Shown: positions 44,513-53,673 of the stretch, piece after piece
Layout of the letters: each line of letters begins with the position of its first letter
Numbering within the stretch: the first letter of the stretch is position 1
Source: a virus
Taxonomy: Duplodnaviria > Caudoviricetes
IMG/VR virus record: IMGVR_UViG_3300006754_000018
Span: 1 to 57,769 of that record
Direction: 5' to 3' (one strand)
Length of the DNA stretch: 57,769 nt
Notes under the pieces: generated by a model
Seen by the model: the letters and a program-made list of their open reading frames with translations, nothing else
What the model was told of the DNA's origin: nothing
Databases searched by the model: none
Program-made: the position numbers and the translations under genes

Positions 44513-46170
44513 TGGCCGCCACTGGACCCCAAGAAGTATCAACCGCAGCAATTACCACTAATGGTAAGCCAGGTATTACAGCGATTAATTCCAATACTAA
44601 TAAGGAACAAAATTATAAATTATACTATATCGGAGAAAGTAAATCAGCCGTTGTATTACCTGTAGATAATCAAACTCCTCCAAAACCGATAATCGGAGGT
44701 AAGCCAATATACACGAGTGGAGTATGGGATACCACACAGTTCAGTGGGATAGAATCAAGCGATCAAGCAGCAATACACAGTAAAATACAAACTGAAATAA
44801 GAAATCACACAACAACTACCAAACAAGATGTTCCACAATGGGCTTCTGTTGATAATCAAGGGTTTGATGTAACATCTACACAGACTCAAGTTGCTGCCGA
44901 CACAGAAGATAATAAAGCTGGTGGAATCTTACAATTTATCCCTGATGCATGGAACTGGACTAAGAATGCCACTAGTAATTTTATTGAGGGATCTCAACGT
45001 AACTTGGATCTTGGTATTCAAGTTTGGACAGATGGCCCAGCTGCTCTTGTTTTTAATGCTGGTGTGCAAGGTGGAGGATATGATAATGCTAACGATATTT
45101 TATTCAAGAAAGTGATTACATACCCATCAGACTTGTCTAGTCAACAAGATGTGATGAAAATTGATTGTTATTCATATCAACCTCCATACGAAGCTTCTAT
45201 GGCACAGAGCTTTGGTAAAAGTAATGGTAGTAATCTAGGATTGGGTCTTTCGAGACAATCTCCATACAGAAAGAAATTGGGTGCAGGAATTATACTACCA
45301 GTGCCAAATAATGTTTCAGATGCCAACTCTACCAGTTGGGTTGATGATAACATGTCAACCCTGTCAATGGGAGCAGCACAACATGTAAATGCTACCTTTA
45401 AAGGTAAGACAGCAACATTAGCTGCTGGAATGATGTTTGGTCAGGGTGGTATGAGACTTGCAGAAGGATTTAACAGATTAACTGGTCATGCTGCACTCTG
45501 GGGTAATATTGGTACAAAACAAGCAGGTCAAGGAGAACTAGGAGCTAACCTAATAAGTCAATTAACTGGGAAACTAGGATATGACATTACTCCAGAGACT
45601 ATTCTAAGTAGAGCTGGTGGTGTAATTGCAAACGCCAATACTGAACTAATGTTCTCTGGAGTGAAATTAAGACAATTTGGATTCCAATGGAGAATGACTC
45701 CAAGGGATGAAATGGAAGCACATCAAATTAGAATGATAATTCGTGCATTTAAACAGTGGTCTGCTCCTAAAAAGATAATAAAATTACATTCAGGTGATAA
45801 CGAAAAGGCTACTGCGGGGGCACCATCATATTTCCTAGGAACTCCAAACATCTTCAGACTTAGATACCTGACATCTGGTGGTAGAAACATACTTGGATTA
45901 AACAAATTCAAACCTTGTGCTTTAACTAGTATTCAAGTTCAATATACCCCAGATGGACAATGGAATGCTTATGAAGGTGGCCAACCAATATCTGTAATAA
46001 TGGATCTCAGGTTTGCAGAACTAGAACCAATATATAATACTGATTATAGTGGTAATAATATTGCAGAGAATAGAGCATTTGATTCTAATGATCCCAACTC
46101 TTTAGGAGATCTAATGCCCATTAGTATTATTCAACAAAACAATCCAGCATCATCAGACGTAGGGTATTAA
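44512..46170 (+). CDS. gp48: Baseplate tail-tube cap gp48
   Basis: ELMFSGVKLRQFGF...TP...LNKFKPCALT...YTPDG...F.ELEPIY. Confidence 0.9.
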   Translation: MAATGPQEVSTAAITTNGKPGITAINSNTNKEQNYKLYYIGESKSAVVLPVDNQTPPKPIIGGKPIYTSGVWDTTQFSGIESSDQAAIHSKIQTEIRNHTTTTKQDVPQWASVDNQGFDVTSTQTQVAADTEDNKAGGILQFIPDAWNWTKNATSNFIEGSQRNLDLGIQVWTDGPAALVFNAGVQGGGYDNANDILFKKVITYPSDLSSQQDVMKIDCYSYQPPYEASMAQSFGKSNGSNLGLGLSRQSPYRKKLGAGIILPVPNNVSDANSTSWVDDNMSTLSMGAAQHVNATFKGKTATLAAGMMFGQGGMRLAEGFNRLTGHAALWGNIGTKQAGQGELGANLISQLTGKLGYDITPETILSRAGGVIANANTELMFSGVKLRQFGFQWRMTPRDEMEAHQIRMIIRAFKQWSAPKKIIKLHSGDNEKATAGAPSYFLGTPNIFRLRYLTSGGRNILGLNKFKPCALTSIQVQYTPDGQWNAYEGGQPISVIMDLRFAELEPIYNTDYSGNNIAENRAFDSNDPNSLGDLMPISIIQQNNPASSDVGY

Positions 46171-46171
46171 A

Positions 46172-46939
46172 ATGTCTCTAGGATACTTTTCACATTTACC
46201 AAATATAAATTACGTTTCTAGAACTACTGATAGAAGTTCTAATGATGAATTTATTCCAGTAAAAAACCTCTTTAAAAGAGGAAGACTTCGTGAAGACTTA
46301 TCATCAGTCTTCACGGCATTTAATGATTATGTAATTGCCGAAGATATGAGACCAGAACAGGTCGCAATGGAGATATATGGGGACCCTAGGTTAGATTGGG
46401 TAGTCTTAACCTGCAACAATATAATCAACGTTAGAGACGAATGGCCACTCAATACAGACAGTTTTAGAAAATTCTTATTGGACAAATATGGTTCTGATGA
46501 GAACATGGCAAAAATCCATCATTACGAAACCCAAGCATTTAATGATAACTATGCAAGAATCGTAATACCAGCAGGATTAAAAGTAGATTCCAACTTTGAC
46601 TTCAACTTCATTTTATATAATAAAGAATACCAACAAGAACTAAGTTATAGTGGTGGTCTTGACAACACGTCTCTATCAAATACAACAAAGGTAGATGCAC
46701 AGGGAAATGCAACAGATTCCTCTGGAAACGTTATAACAAATAATAATCTTAGAGCAGTATCATATCTGGAATACGAACAAGACATTGATAATGGAAAGAG
46801 AAGAATCAAGGTTTTGAAAAAAGATTATCTTGATACTGTATATAATGATATGAAGAATATATTCAAGTACAAGAAGTCCAGTCAATATAGGACTCCATTC
46901 CTAAAAGAAGCACATAACCCAAGACTTAGCGGGTCATAA
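46172..46939 (+). CDS. gp53: Baseplate wedge subunit gp53
   Basis: YF..LP...KNLFKR...RPEQVA...YGD..LDWVVL..NNI...WPL. Confidence 0.95.
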   Translation: MSLGYFSHLPNINYVSRTTDRSSNDEFIPVKNLFKRGRLREDLSSVFTAFNDYVIAEDMRPEQVAMEIYGDPRLDWVVLTCNNIINVRDEWPLNTDSFRKFLLDKYGSDENMAKIHHYETQAFNDNYARIVIPAGLKVDSNFDFNFILYNKEYQQELSYSGGLDNTSLSNTTKVDAQGNATDSSGNVITNNNLRAVSYLEYEQDIDNGKRRIKVLKKDYLDTVYNDMKNIFKYKKSSQYRTPFLKEAHNPRLSGS

Positions 46940-46962
46940 AAAAAGAGCCCCCATCGGGGCCC
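46938..46962 (-). terminator. Intrinsic terminator (gp32 transcript)
   Basis: GCCCC/GGGGC stem plus T7 on the minus strand. Confidence 0.65.
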
Positions 46963-47007
46963 CAATATTCTGGTTCTCTCGGATCGATCCGTGGATCCCA
47001 CCAAAAG

Positions 47008-47049
47008 AAACCAAGCTGATGCAATCTAACATGCATCAGCGGTTTTTTT
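47008..47049 (+). terminator. Intrinsic terminator (gp4-gp53 transcript), possibly bidirectional
   Basis: GCTGATGCA/TGCATCAGC stem plus T7. Confidence 0.75.
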
Positions 47050-47060
47050 AGCTCCATAGG

Positions 47061-47978
47061 CTACTCTTCCGCTAACTGCTGGAAGTATTTAAGCGCATCG
47101 TCTTCTTCATCTGTATTAGATGTTGCAGCAACAGGAACTTTACTTAGTTCATCATCTGTTGCAACAGGAGCCGCAACCTCACGATGATTGTCTTCATCAG
47201 CAACCTCTGGATCCTGATAACGTAATGAACCAGTTGGTAGTTTAGAACCAAGAACTGTGTCAAGACGCTTCTTAAGAGCATCATACTCTTTGAACTGATC
47301 AGGAGCAACGAATTCACTTAGGTCATTAACCTTATCGTAAATTCCTTCAAGTGCCTTATCATCATCTAGTAGTGCTTCTACCTTACCGAACTCTGAACTA
47401 TCATAGTTCCAGAACCCTGCAACCTGTTTGATCTTCAACTTGAAGTTAGCACCTTTCCAGAAATCAAATGGATTGATTGGATCCTCATCCTCAAATTCTG
47501 GTTGCATTGAAGCAGTAATCTTATCAAAGATCTTCTTACCAAACTTGTAGATGAAGACTTTACCTTCATTCTCAGGATTGGAAGAATCCTTAACAACATA
47601 TACATTTGCATAGTAAGAAAGCTTACGCTTCTGCTTACGTGCAATATCCTTATCTGATTCCCGACCACTGTTCCAGAGACTACGATTTAGTTCTCCAACA
47701 GGATCATCTTTACTTACTGTGGTCAAAGAATTCTCAATATACCAACCGCCTGGTCCTTGAAAAGCATGGCTCCAAACCTGAACCCAAGGAAGTTCCATAT
47801 TAGCATGTTGAGGAAGGAACCTAACAACGGCATAACCGTTACCCGCCTTATCAACTGCTGGTTTCCAGAGTCGTTCGTCAGTATTATTGCCCCTCTCGTT
47901 GAGTTTCTCAACTTTCTTCATCAATCTCTCTGTGAGAGACCCCGAGCGGGATTGTTTTTTTAAGTCAGCAAATGACAT
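47061..47978 (-). CDS. gp32: Single-stranded DNA-binding protein gp32
   Basis: DERLWKP..DK.GNGYAV.RFLP...YIEN.LTT...GANFKLKI; acidic tail. Confidence 0.97.
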   Translation of the reverse strand: MSFADLKKQSRSGSLTERLMKKVEKLNERGNNTDERLWKPAVDKAGNGYAVVRFLPQHANMELPWVQVWSHAFQGPGGWYIENSLTTVSKDDPVGELNRSLWNSGRESDKDIARKQKRKLSYYANVYVVKDSSNPENEGKVFIYKFGKKIFDKITASMQPEFEDEDPINPFDFWKGANFKLKIKQVAGFWNYDSSEFGKVEALLDDDKALEGIYDKVNDLSEFVAPDQFKEYDALKKRLDTVLGSKLPTGSLRYQDPEVADEDNHREVAAPVATDDELSKVPVAATSNTDEEDDALKYFQQLAEE

Positions 47979-48023
47979 TTAGTATTCTCCGTATTTTTGT
48001 ATTTGGAAGTATTGACCGTATTA

Positions 48024-48052
48024 ATTATACTAGTATTAGTCGTGTTTGTCAA
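48024..48052 (-). promoter_or_regulatory. Perfect sigma70 promoter for gp32 (TTGACA-N17-TATAAT)
   Basis: Exact consensus. Confidence 0.85.
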
Positions 48053-48402
48053 TCCTCAGATTGGAAATCTGATATTTGACCTTCTAACCTGTTTAATGTA
48101 TCGGACAAGTGATCAAAGAAAGCATCAACGTTTTGATTGGGTTTTAATCCCAGAAATTCAGCAGACTTTAAAGCCTGTTCTCGCATCTCCTTTGCATCAG
48201 GATCATCCTTCTCAAGAGACAACCTGAACATAAAGTTCTTCTGTTTATCGACAAGTTTCCTCATCGTGTTAAGATGATGTTTGGTAAAAGGCGAATAAGG
48301 ATCAAATCCCTGTTTTGCCATAATATCCATTAAATCCTCTTGAAGCTCTTGTATCTCGGCCATTGCGGCTCTGACTACTGGAGATTTAAAGAAATCACTC
48401 AT
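48049..48402 (-). CDS. DUF1825-like cyanophage protein
   Basis: FF.S..V......IQELQE...KQK....RLSL..DPDA. Confidence 0.75.
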   Translation of the reverse strand: MSDFFKSPVVRAAMAEIQELQEDLMDIMAKQGFDPYSPFTKHHLNTMRKLVDKQKNFMFRLSLEKDDPDAKEMREQALKSAEFLGLKPNQNVDAFFDHLSDTLNRLEGQISDFQSED

Positions 48403-48411
48403 GGTTAAAAA

Positions 48412-48714
48412 TTAGCTTTCAACACTACTATTTATGTATTTTTCGACCCACATAGGTAGATATACCAAGGTAAGTGCGGCATTCCAAAAAGTAATAAAAA
48501 AGAATAAATGAAGTAGTCTGTTAGGTGAAAATATCAAACCCAACACAACAACAATCACCCACAGATAATCCAAAACTCTATGAAAGGCCTGCCACCCATC
48601 ACCAAACTTCTCTATCAGTTTATCTCTCTGATGAGCAAAGAATGGTGATACGTGTCTCATGATAACGAACCCCTCATTGAGGAACATTATTGTGAAACCT
48701 ATCCAGAATATCAT
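48412..48714 (-). CDS. Hypothetical membrane protein
   Basis: NEGFVIMRHVSP.F motif, hydrophobic helices. Confidence 0.7.
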   Translation of the reverse strand: MIFWIGFTIMFLNEGFVIMRHVSPFFAHQRDKLIEKFGDGWQAFHRVLDYLWVIVVVLGLIFSPNRLLHLFFFITFWNAALTLVYLPMWVEKYINSSVES

Positions 48715-48965
48715 AAAGGTAATTTAGATCTTGATGTTCTCTTAAGATAGTTTAGTTCAGTTGCTTGAGCTTTTAACTTCTCCTTAAGAGGTTTGGTAAT
48801 TAACTTACCTACTGACTCGAATTCTATATTCTTATCTTCACAATAACTAATTATTGCTTCAATATAATTTAGATTAGACTTCTGTACAAGTGTCTCGATG
48901 TCACTAGTAAATTTGTTCTGACAAAGAAACTTTTCTTTGAGCAGTTCGTTAACGTCTTTCGCCAT
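48711..48965 (-). CDS. gp33: Late transcription coactivator gp33
   Basis: F...IE.LV...NYIEAI..YCE...E...KLI.KPLKEKL..A..LNYL; start taken at MAKDV. Confidence 0.9.
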   Translation of the reverse strand: MAKDVNELLKEKFLCQNKFTSDIETLVQKSNLNYIEAIISYCEDKNIEFESVGKLITKPLKEKLKAQATELNYLKRTSRSKLPL

Positions 48966-49635
48966 ACTCTCCGAGTTTACATGTGACAAATTCTTCGACA
49001 TATTCTGTAAGAAGTTTAATATAGTCACGTTTGTTCGACTTTTCATAGACTTTCACCTTGCCATCATCGGCAACCATAAGGGTAACAATTTTTTTAACAG
49101 ATATGCCTGTCATCTCAAAATACATGCAAGCATAAGCGGTTTCTTGTACAAAGTACTGTTGAATCCACTTCTCTGGTTTTATCTTTTTTGAAGTCTTAAA
49201 ATCTATAATGGCTAATTCACCATTATATTCTGCAATACAATCAACCCTTCCAGCTATACCGAAATACTCACTATATAGTGGTTTTTCTAAAGCGTGAATA
49301 TTATTTATATTGTCTAAAGAATCCTTTGCTGCAAGGAATAATGCTTTAGTTGTAGGCAGAACATCTAACTTATCAATATCCTCATTTAGAAGATATTTTT
49401 CTACCAAATCGTGGAATCTAGTTCCCCTATCAGTAGAGACTTTTGTTATCTGATTTGCGACTTCTTCACCGACCTTCTTACGCCAATTCATAAAGATTTG
49501 ACGATTATAGAAACTCGTTATCGATGTAATAGATGGGGCTTTCTTCCCACTGGGAAGGGTATAATACCTCACTCCATCAATTTGATTAGCTTCTAACTCA
49601 AAGTCACCAAGTTTATTTAAATGAACAAACGTCAT
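48949..49635 (-). CDS. PD-(D/E)XK exonuclease (Cas4/RecB-like)
   Basis: R.Y..P.G...PSIT...RGT..H...AGRVDCIAEY....IIDFKTS...Q..AY. Confidence 0.9.
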   Translation of the reverse strand: MTFVHLNKLGDFELEANQIDGVRYYTLPSGKKAPSITSITSFYNRQIFMNWRKKVGEEVANQITKVSTDRGTRFHDLVEKYLLNEDIDKLDVLPTTKALFLAAKDSLDNINNIHALEKPLYSEYFGIAGRVDCIAEYNGELAIIDFKTSKKIKPEKWIQQYFVQETAYACMYFEMTGISVKKIVTLMVADDGKVKVYEKSNKRDYIKLLTEYVEEFVTCKLGEYGERR

Positions 49636-50396
49636 AAAGAAAGAGCGAGTTTAGTAACCAAATAGTTTCTTACTAAACCAGATCGAACAATATCATCAAG
49701 ACCAAATTCAACAACACCGAAATCATCTTCCATGATCTCAATGATACGTTTAAAGTCTAGGATTCCATTCTTCTCATTGGATTTAGTGAGATCTGTTTGT
49801 GTAGAGTCACCGCAAAATACTATTTTACAGTTATCTCCTACTCTTGTTATTATACTATCTAACTCGTGAAAGTTCAAGTTTTGCATTTCATCAACAAGAA
49901 CAATGCAATTATCAAGTGTTGTTCCTCTAATAAATGAAGTACTCCAGAAGGAAATAGTCTCCTGTGTTTTAAGATTTCCATAGAGCATCTCGAAATCTGC
50001 ATCTGTAGGCATCTCAAACATGTACTTCACCATGTTTTTGTAAGGTATCTGATAAAGTGAGGACTTGTCTTCATGATCGCCAGGAAGAAAGCCAATTTCA
50101 CGGGTACTAACAAGAGACCTAACAATATAAATTTTTTCGTAAGGCGTAGTTTCATTTAGAACGTCCTTAAGGGCCAGATATAGACTGATAAATGTCTTAC
50201 CAGTTCCAGCAGCTCCATAGGCAAAAAGATTCTTACCTTTGGCATAATAATCAAATAAAATCTTCTGATTATCAGTAATTGGTTCTACAGGAACCAACAT
50301 ACCATCATTAATAGGTTTCTTGCGACGCATTTGTTTCGCAGTCATTCCCACTCCAATAGGATCAGAGTTACTTGATGCTCTTTTCCGTCTTGCCAT
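49632..50396 (-). CDS. phoH: PhoH-like ATPase
   Basis: GAAGTGKT, IGFLPG, FIRGTT, DEMQN, GD..Q.DL, DIVRS. Confidence 0.97.
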   Translation of the reverse strand: MARRKRASSNSDPIGVGMTAKQMRRKKPINDGMLVPVEPITDNQKILFDYYAKGKNLFAYGAAGTGKTFISLYLALKDVLNETTPYEKIYIVRSLVSTREIGFLPGDHEDKSSLYQIPYKNMVKYMFEMPTDADFEMLYGNLKTQETISFWSTSFIRGTTLDNCIVLVDEMQNLNFHELDSIITRVGDNCKIVFCGDSTQTDLTKSNEKNGILDFKRIIEIMEDDFGVVEFGLDDIVRSGLVRNYLVTKLALSL

Positions 50397-50671
50397 TATC
50401 CGTTCCTAGTATTGATGCCACGACCTGCAAGTCTTCCTTGAATACCAGCAGACTTCTCCGCTTTCTTCAAGACCTCAGACCAGCCAGGATTCTTATTGTG
50501 AAGTTTATCTCTCCACTCACCAACTTCTCCAACGCCTGGACATGTACTAGGGTCAGAGAAGTCACGAGTCCAATTGGGATTGTCTTCCTTCCACTGATCC
50601 CAAGCATGAACACTCATAATAACTTCCTTTGTCTCACCAGTTTCCGTATTTTTTACAGGATAAGTAGCCAT
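50396..50671 (-). CDS. FmdB-like small protein
   Basis: MATYPVKN.ETGE...W.EVL; usual position upstream of phoH. Confidence 0.75.
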   Translation of the reverse strand: MATYPVKNTETGETKEVIMSVHAWDQWKEDNPNWTRDFSDPSTCPGVGEVGEWRDKLHNKNPGWSEVLKKAEKSAGIQGRLAGRGINTRNG

Positions 50672-51327
50672 TAATCTTCATCCTCAACGGTTATCCATTC
50701 CAAAGCTTCCGACACTATTGGAAATGTTTCGACAAAAACATCTCTACATGATTCTGCAATCTGCATATGTTCTTTCTGTGTTCCATGTGCAGAACGTAAA
50801 TTTATATAGTGTATCCAAGAACGACAAGATCCAGTCATATAGATCTTAGTGGGAGTACAAAGGGGAAGTACCATTCTAGCGCACTCCTTTGCCACACCAA
50901 TCTCTAACATCTGACCATATAAGTTAGTAGCAGAACTGAACAAAGTCTTCATCTGTCTTTCTAACTTATCCACAATTTCAGGATCCAAATCATCAATAGA
51001 GTTCTGACGATTCTTCACATCTTGTCTTCTAAGTTCTGGTAATTCAATCTTACCTAAGTCACTAGTACTAGCATACCTTTGAGAAAACTCTTGGAATGTA
51101 AAAGATCTATGACGTAGTATCTGTGCAGCAATCGCACGAGTTGTCTCAATCTCTAGTGTCATAGAGGATTGTTCAAAAACTGACCAATGATTATGTTTGA
51201 TGCAGTATCTAAGTAATCCAGCAAATTTATCATTCTCTTGATTAGACGGATTAGAAACTCTGGCAATATACGCCATCAGTTTTTCCGCATCAGGAGTTAC
51301 TGATACCAATTGTACATTTTTTGCCAT
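50671..51327 (-). CDS. thyX: Flavin-dependent thymidylate synthase
   Basis: HWSVFE, QILRHRSFTFQEFSQRY, ECARMVLP, HGTQKEH; start taken at MAKNV. Confidence 0.95.
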   Translation of the reverse strand: MAKNVQLVSVTPDAEKLMAYIARVSNPSNQENDKFAGLLRYCIKHNHWSVFEQSSMTLEIETTRAIAAQILRHRSFTFQEFSQRYASTSDLGKIELPELRRQDVKNRQNSIDDLDPEIVDKLERQMKTLFSSATNLYGQMLEIGVAKECARMVLPLCTPTKIYMTGSCRSWIHYINLRSAHGTQKEHMQIAESCRDVFVETFPIVSEALEWITVEDED

Positions 51328-51331
51328 ACAG

Positions 51332-51499
51332 TTAGTCGGTGTATCCGTCATCGTCGTCGCATGAGTCATAATGTGGTTCTTTTAATTGAGTCCGAATCTT
51401 GGTGGTATATGCATCCACATCAGAATATACTTCCGATTCTAACACATTTACCAGAGATTTCAAGTTTTTGACAACGGCTTTAAGTTTTTCCTTTTCCAT
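51332..51499 (-). CDS. Small conserved cyanophage protein (MEKEKLK..V.NLK.LV..LESEVYSD)
   Basis: Manual translation, 55 aa. Confidence 0.7.
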   Translation of the reverse strand: MEKEKLKAVVKNLKSLVNVLESEVYSDVDAYTTKIRTQLKEPHYDSCDDDDGYTD

Positions 51500-51501
51500 T
51501 A

Positions 51502-51981
51502 CTAGATATAGTAGTTGAAGTTTATTAACACCCTTTTGGCTGTATCAGTGGAAGTTACTCCACGATGCTTTTCATTTGAATCAAATGTAAGCATACGGTT
51601 TTCAACACTGTCAAATTTCATACCATTTTCAAATTCCGTGTATCCATTATTGGTATTAATATAATAGATGGAAGTTATACAGTCGTCAACATCCGAATGA
51701 AACGCATGTCCAACAGGCTGAGGTGTTTTCATATTTAGATTAGCTTTACTCCTAACAAATGCCGTTGCATCGAATTTCTGGAATACAGGATCCAAGAGCT
51801 CCCAACATCGGCTAACAGGTGCATAATCCAAATATAAACCATGAACAAACTGGAAATGTCCATCCCCAGGCATCACAACACCATCTATACAATTCCAAGG
51901 AATCTCCATACCCATAAAGACATCCTGAATATCTCTAAATTGGTTAGGAGGAAGGAAATTCTCAGTTATTTTATATTTCAC
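51502..51981 (-). CDS. 2OG-Fe(II) oxygenase
   Basis: HSD...YINTNNGYT.F...NRMLTFD...H...RVLINFNY. Confidence 0.9.
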   Translation of the reverse strand: MKYKITENFLPPNQFRDIQDVFMGMEIPWNCIDGVVMPGDGHFQFVHGLYLDYAPVSRCWELLDPVFQKFDATAFVRSKANLNMKTPQPVGHAFHSDVDDCITSIYYINTNNGYTEFENGMKFDSVENRMLTFDSNEKHRGVTSTDTAKRVLINFNYYI

Positions 51982-52201
51982 CGTGTTCTTCTGCCTCTTT
52001 CAATAACCCAGATACCAACTTCTCAGTATCATCCATTGTTTTCACAGCAAATATTGAAGACTTCATATACTTCTTCAACCTCTTGTACTTTTTAAGTACC
52101 TTCTTATATTCTTCTTGATTGATATTAACATTACCCTGTTTAGGGGTTGGTGTCGATTCCTGTACTGGTTCTTCCTGTACAGGTTCTTGTTCTTCAGTCA
52201 T
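51971..52201 (-). CDS. Hypothetical protein
   Basis: ORF track, coupled. Confidence 0.7.
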   Translation of the reverse strand: MTEEQEPVQEEPVQESTPTPKQGNVNINQEEYKKVLKKYKRLKKYMKSSIFAVKTMDDTEKLVSGLLKEAEEHGEI

Positions 52202-52398
52202 TGAGTCACCTTCTTAACAGTAAGTTCGATGGAATCATCATCCATCTCCCATTCCTCATCAACTACATATCCATTCTCAGAGATAGTTTCGTAAATAACC
52301 TCTCTTGCATCCTGTTGTGATACACTAGATCTAAAGACCTCTTTTCCAGATTGGTCTTCAATTGTACCATTGGGGTATATGTGAAATTTCTGCATCAC
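52198..52398 (-). CDS. Hypothetical protein
   Basis: ORF track, coupled. Confidence 0.65.
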   Translation of the reverse strand: MMQKFHIYPNGTIEDQSGKEVFRSSVSQQDAREVIYETISENGYVVDEEWEMDDDSIELTVKKVTQ

Positions 52399-52697
52399 TT
52401 TTCCTCCTCATCCTTGGGTTTCCTCTTTCTGGTCTTTCTCTCTGGTGGTGTAGGTTCCGCCTTCTTTATCATGGAAGATTTCCATAACTTAGGATTGACT
52501 TGACCATCTGACTGTTTCCAAGCTACGACATTTTTATACTTGTCATAGTAATAATCAAACATCTCAGTTGTACTATCACCTAAAGCAATATCGTAACAAG
52601 TTTTATCCTCATTACGATATTCAACGAGATATGCAGTATAAGGAAGTTTTTTATCCTTTGCTAACTCTGGATCACAGTTTTCGTGAATTACGTTCAA
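52395..52697 (-). CDS. Conserved cyanophage hypothetical protein
   Basis: CDP.LA....LPYTAYLVEY...FD.YYDKY...NPKLW. Confidence 0.8.
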   Translation of the reverse strand: MNVIHENCDPELAKDKKLPYTAYLVEYRNEDKTCYDIALGDSTTEMFDYYYDKYKNVVAWKQSDGQVNPKLWKSSMIKKAEPTPPERKTRKRKPKDEEEK

Positions 52698-53311
52698 CTT
52701 CTATTCCCCCAAGTAATCTCTGGAAATGCTTCGGAAACCAATTCTCTATCAATCTTATACTTTGATGATAGTTGTTTATCTTTTACAAGAATAAGAATAT
52801 CTGCCTCTTCTTTATGGAGAGTCTCAAGTAAATTAATAAACATACTTTCTCTCTTTATTTTGTTAAGTTGGTCATCACCACCTTTCACAAAACGATAAAA
52901 CTGTCTTCCACCAGTACGAATAGTAGTTCTCTGAGGCAACCCCTTCTTAGGATCCGCCTGTTGATCACCATCTACTGGTTGATATGGAACAGGTCCGTCT
53001 GGAAGCATAGAAACGACACTTTCATCAAAATTCCAGATGAACATCATTTTCATACCATCATTATTACAATGTGTTCTAATGAGATCTACCTTTTTGGACC
53101 TAACTCTCTCAGAACCAACTGCGTCTAAGATCTCATTAACCAAAGGATTAGGTGGCAATTCCCGTTTTTTAACTGCCACTGTCCTTGGTTTAGATGGAGT
53201 TGCTGCAGCTTTCGCTGCAGGCTTGCGTGTAGTTGTTGTCTTCTTACGAGCTGTGGATTTACTCTTCCTCGGTGTCGGTGTCTTCTTCGCTGTCGTCATA
53301 GTTGTTTTCAA
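52694..53311 (-). CDS. Conserved T4-like phage protein (DUF6433-like)
   Basis: LP.GPVPY...FY.FVKGG...KRE.MFI.LLE.LH..EA. Confidence 0.8.
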   Translation of the reverse strand: MKTTMTTAKKTPTPRKSKSTARKKTTTTRKPAAKAAATPSKPRTVAVKKRELPPNPLVNEILDAVGSERVRSKKVDLIRTHCNNDGMKMMFIWNFDESVVSMLPDGPVPYQPVDGDQQADPKKGLPQRTTIRTGGRQFYRFVKGGDDQLNKIKRESMFINLLETLHKEEADILILVKDKQLSSKYKIDRELVSEAFPEITWGNRS

Positions 53312-53504
53312 ATCGAAGTGCTAAAATCTCATCAGGGATTAAATTACCATTTTCATCAAACATTTCGGGGTGAGTTGCATAAGCAACTTGTTGATTTGCT
53401 TGTTGAAAAAGAATGTTTTGTTGGGCTAACCATCCTATTATACCACCAATCATCAAAAATGTCACGCACAATAGGGTCATTATAACAAGTGCTGTAGCTT
53501 CCAT
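53259..53504 (-). CDS. Membrane-anchored hypothetical protein
   Basis: N-terminal TM; HPEMFDENG motif. Confidence 0.75.
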   Translation of the reverse strand: MEATALVIMTLLCVTFLMIGGIIGWLAQQNILFQQANQQVAYATHPEMFDENGNLIPDEILALRFENNYDDSEEDTDTEEE

Positions 53505-53673
53505 AGCTCCTCTCCGTGGTTAGTTCTTTTTCTTTATGTCTAGAGAGAGATCAATTTCTCTGTTAAAGAGACTAAACCTCATCTCAAAGGTCTTCTTCGG
53601 TTCTGGTTTCTTAGGATCTCCTTTTAGTAAAAGTTCAACGCCCTTATTTATGTCAATATCTCCAAGTGACACG

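Noticed and set aside
48949-49635. Cas4 of a CRISPR system
   Set aside because: Standard T4-like phage exonuclease between phoH and gp33; lacks the Fe-S cysteine set and has no array
50671-51369. Longer thyX start at 51369 (likewise upstream starts for gp33, the gp54-like gene and 7376..8314)
   Set aside because: The extensions overlap neighbouring genes or promoters; downstream Met starts fit family N-termini better
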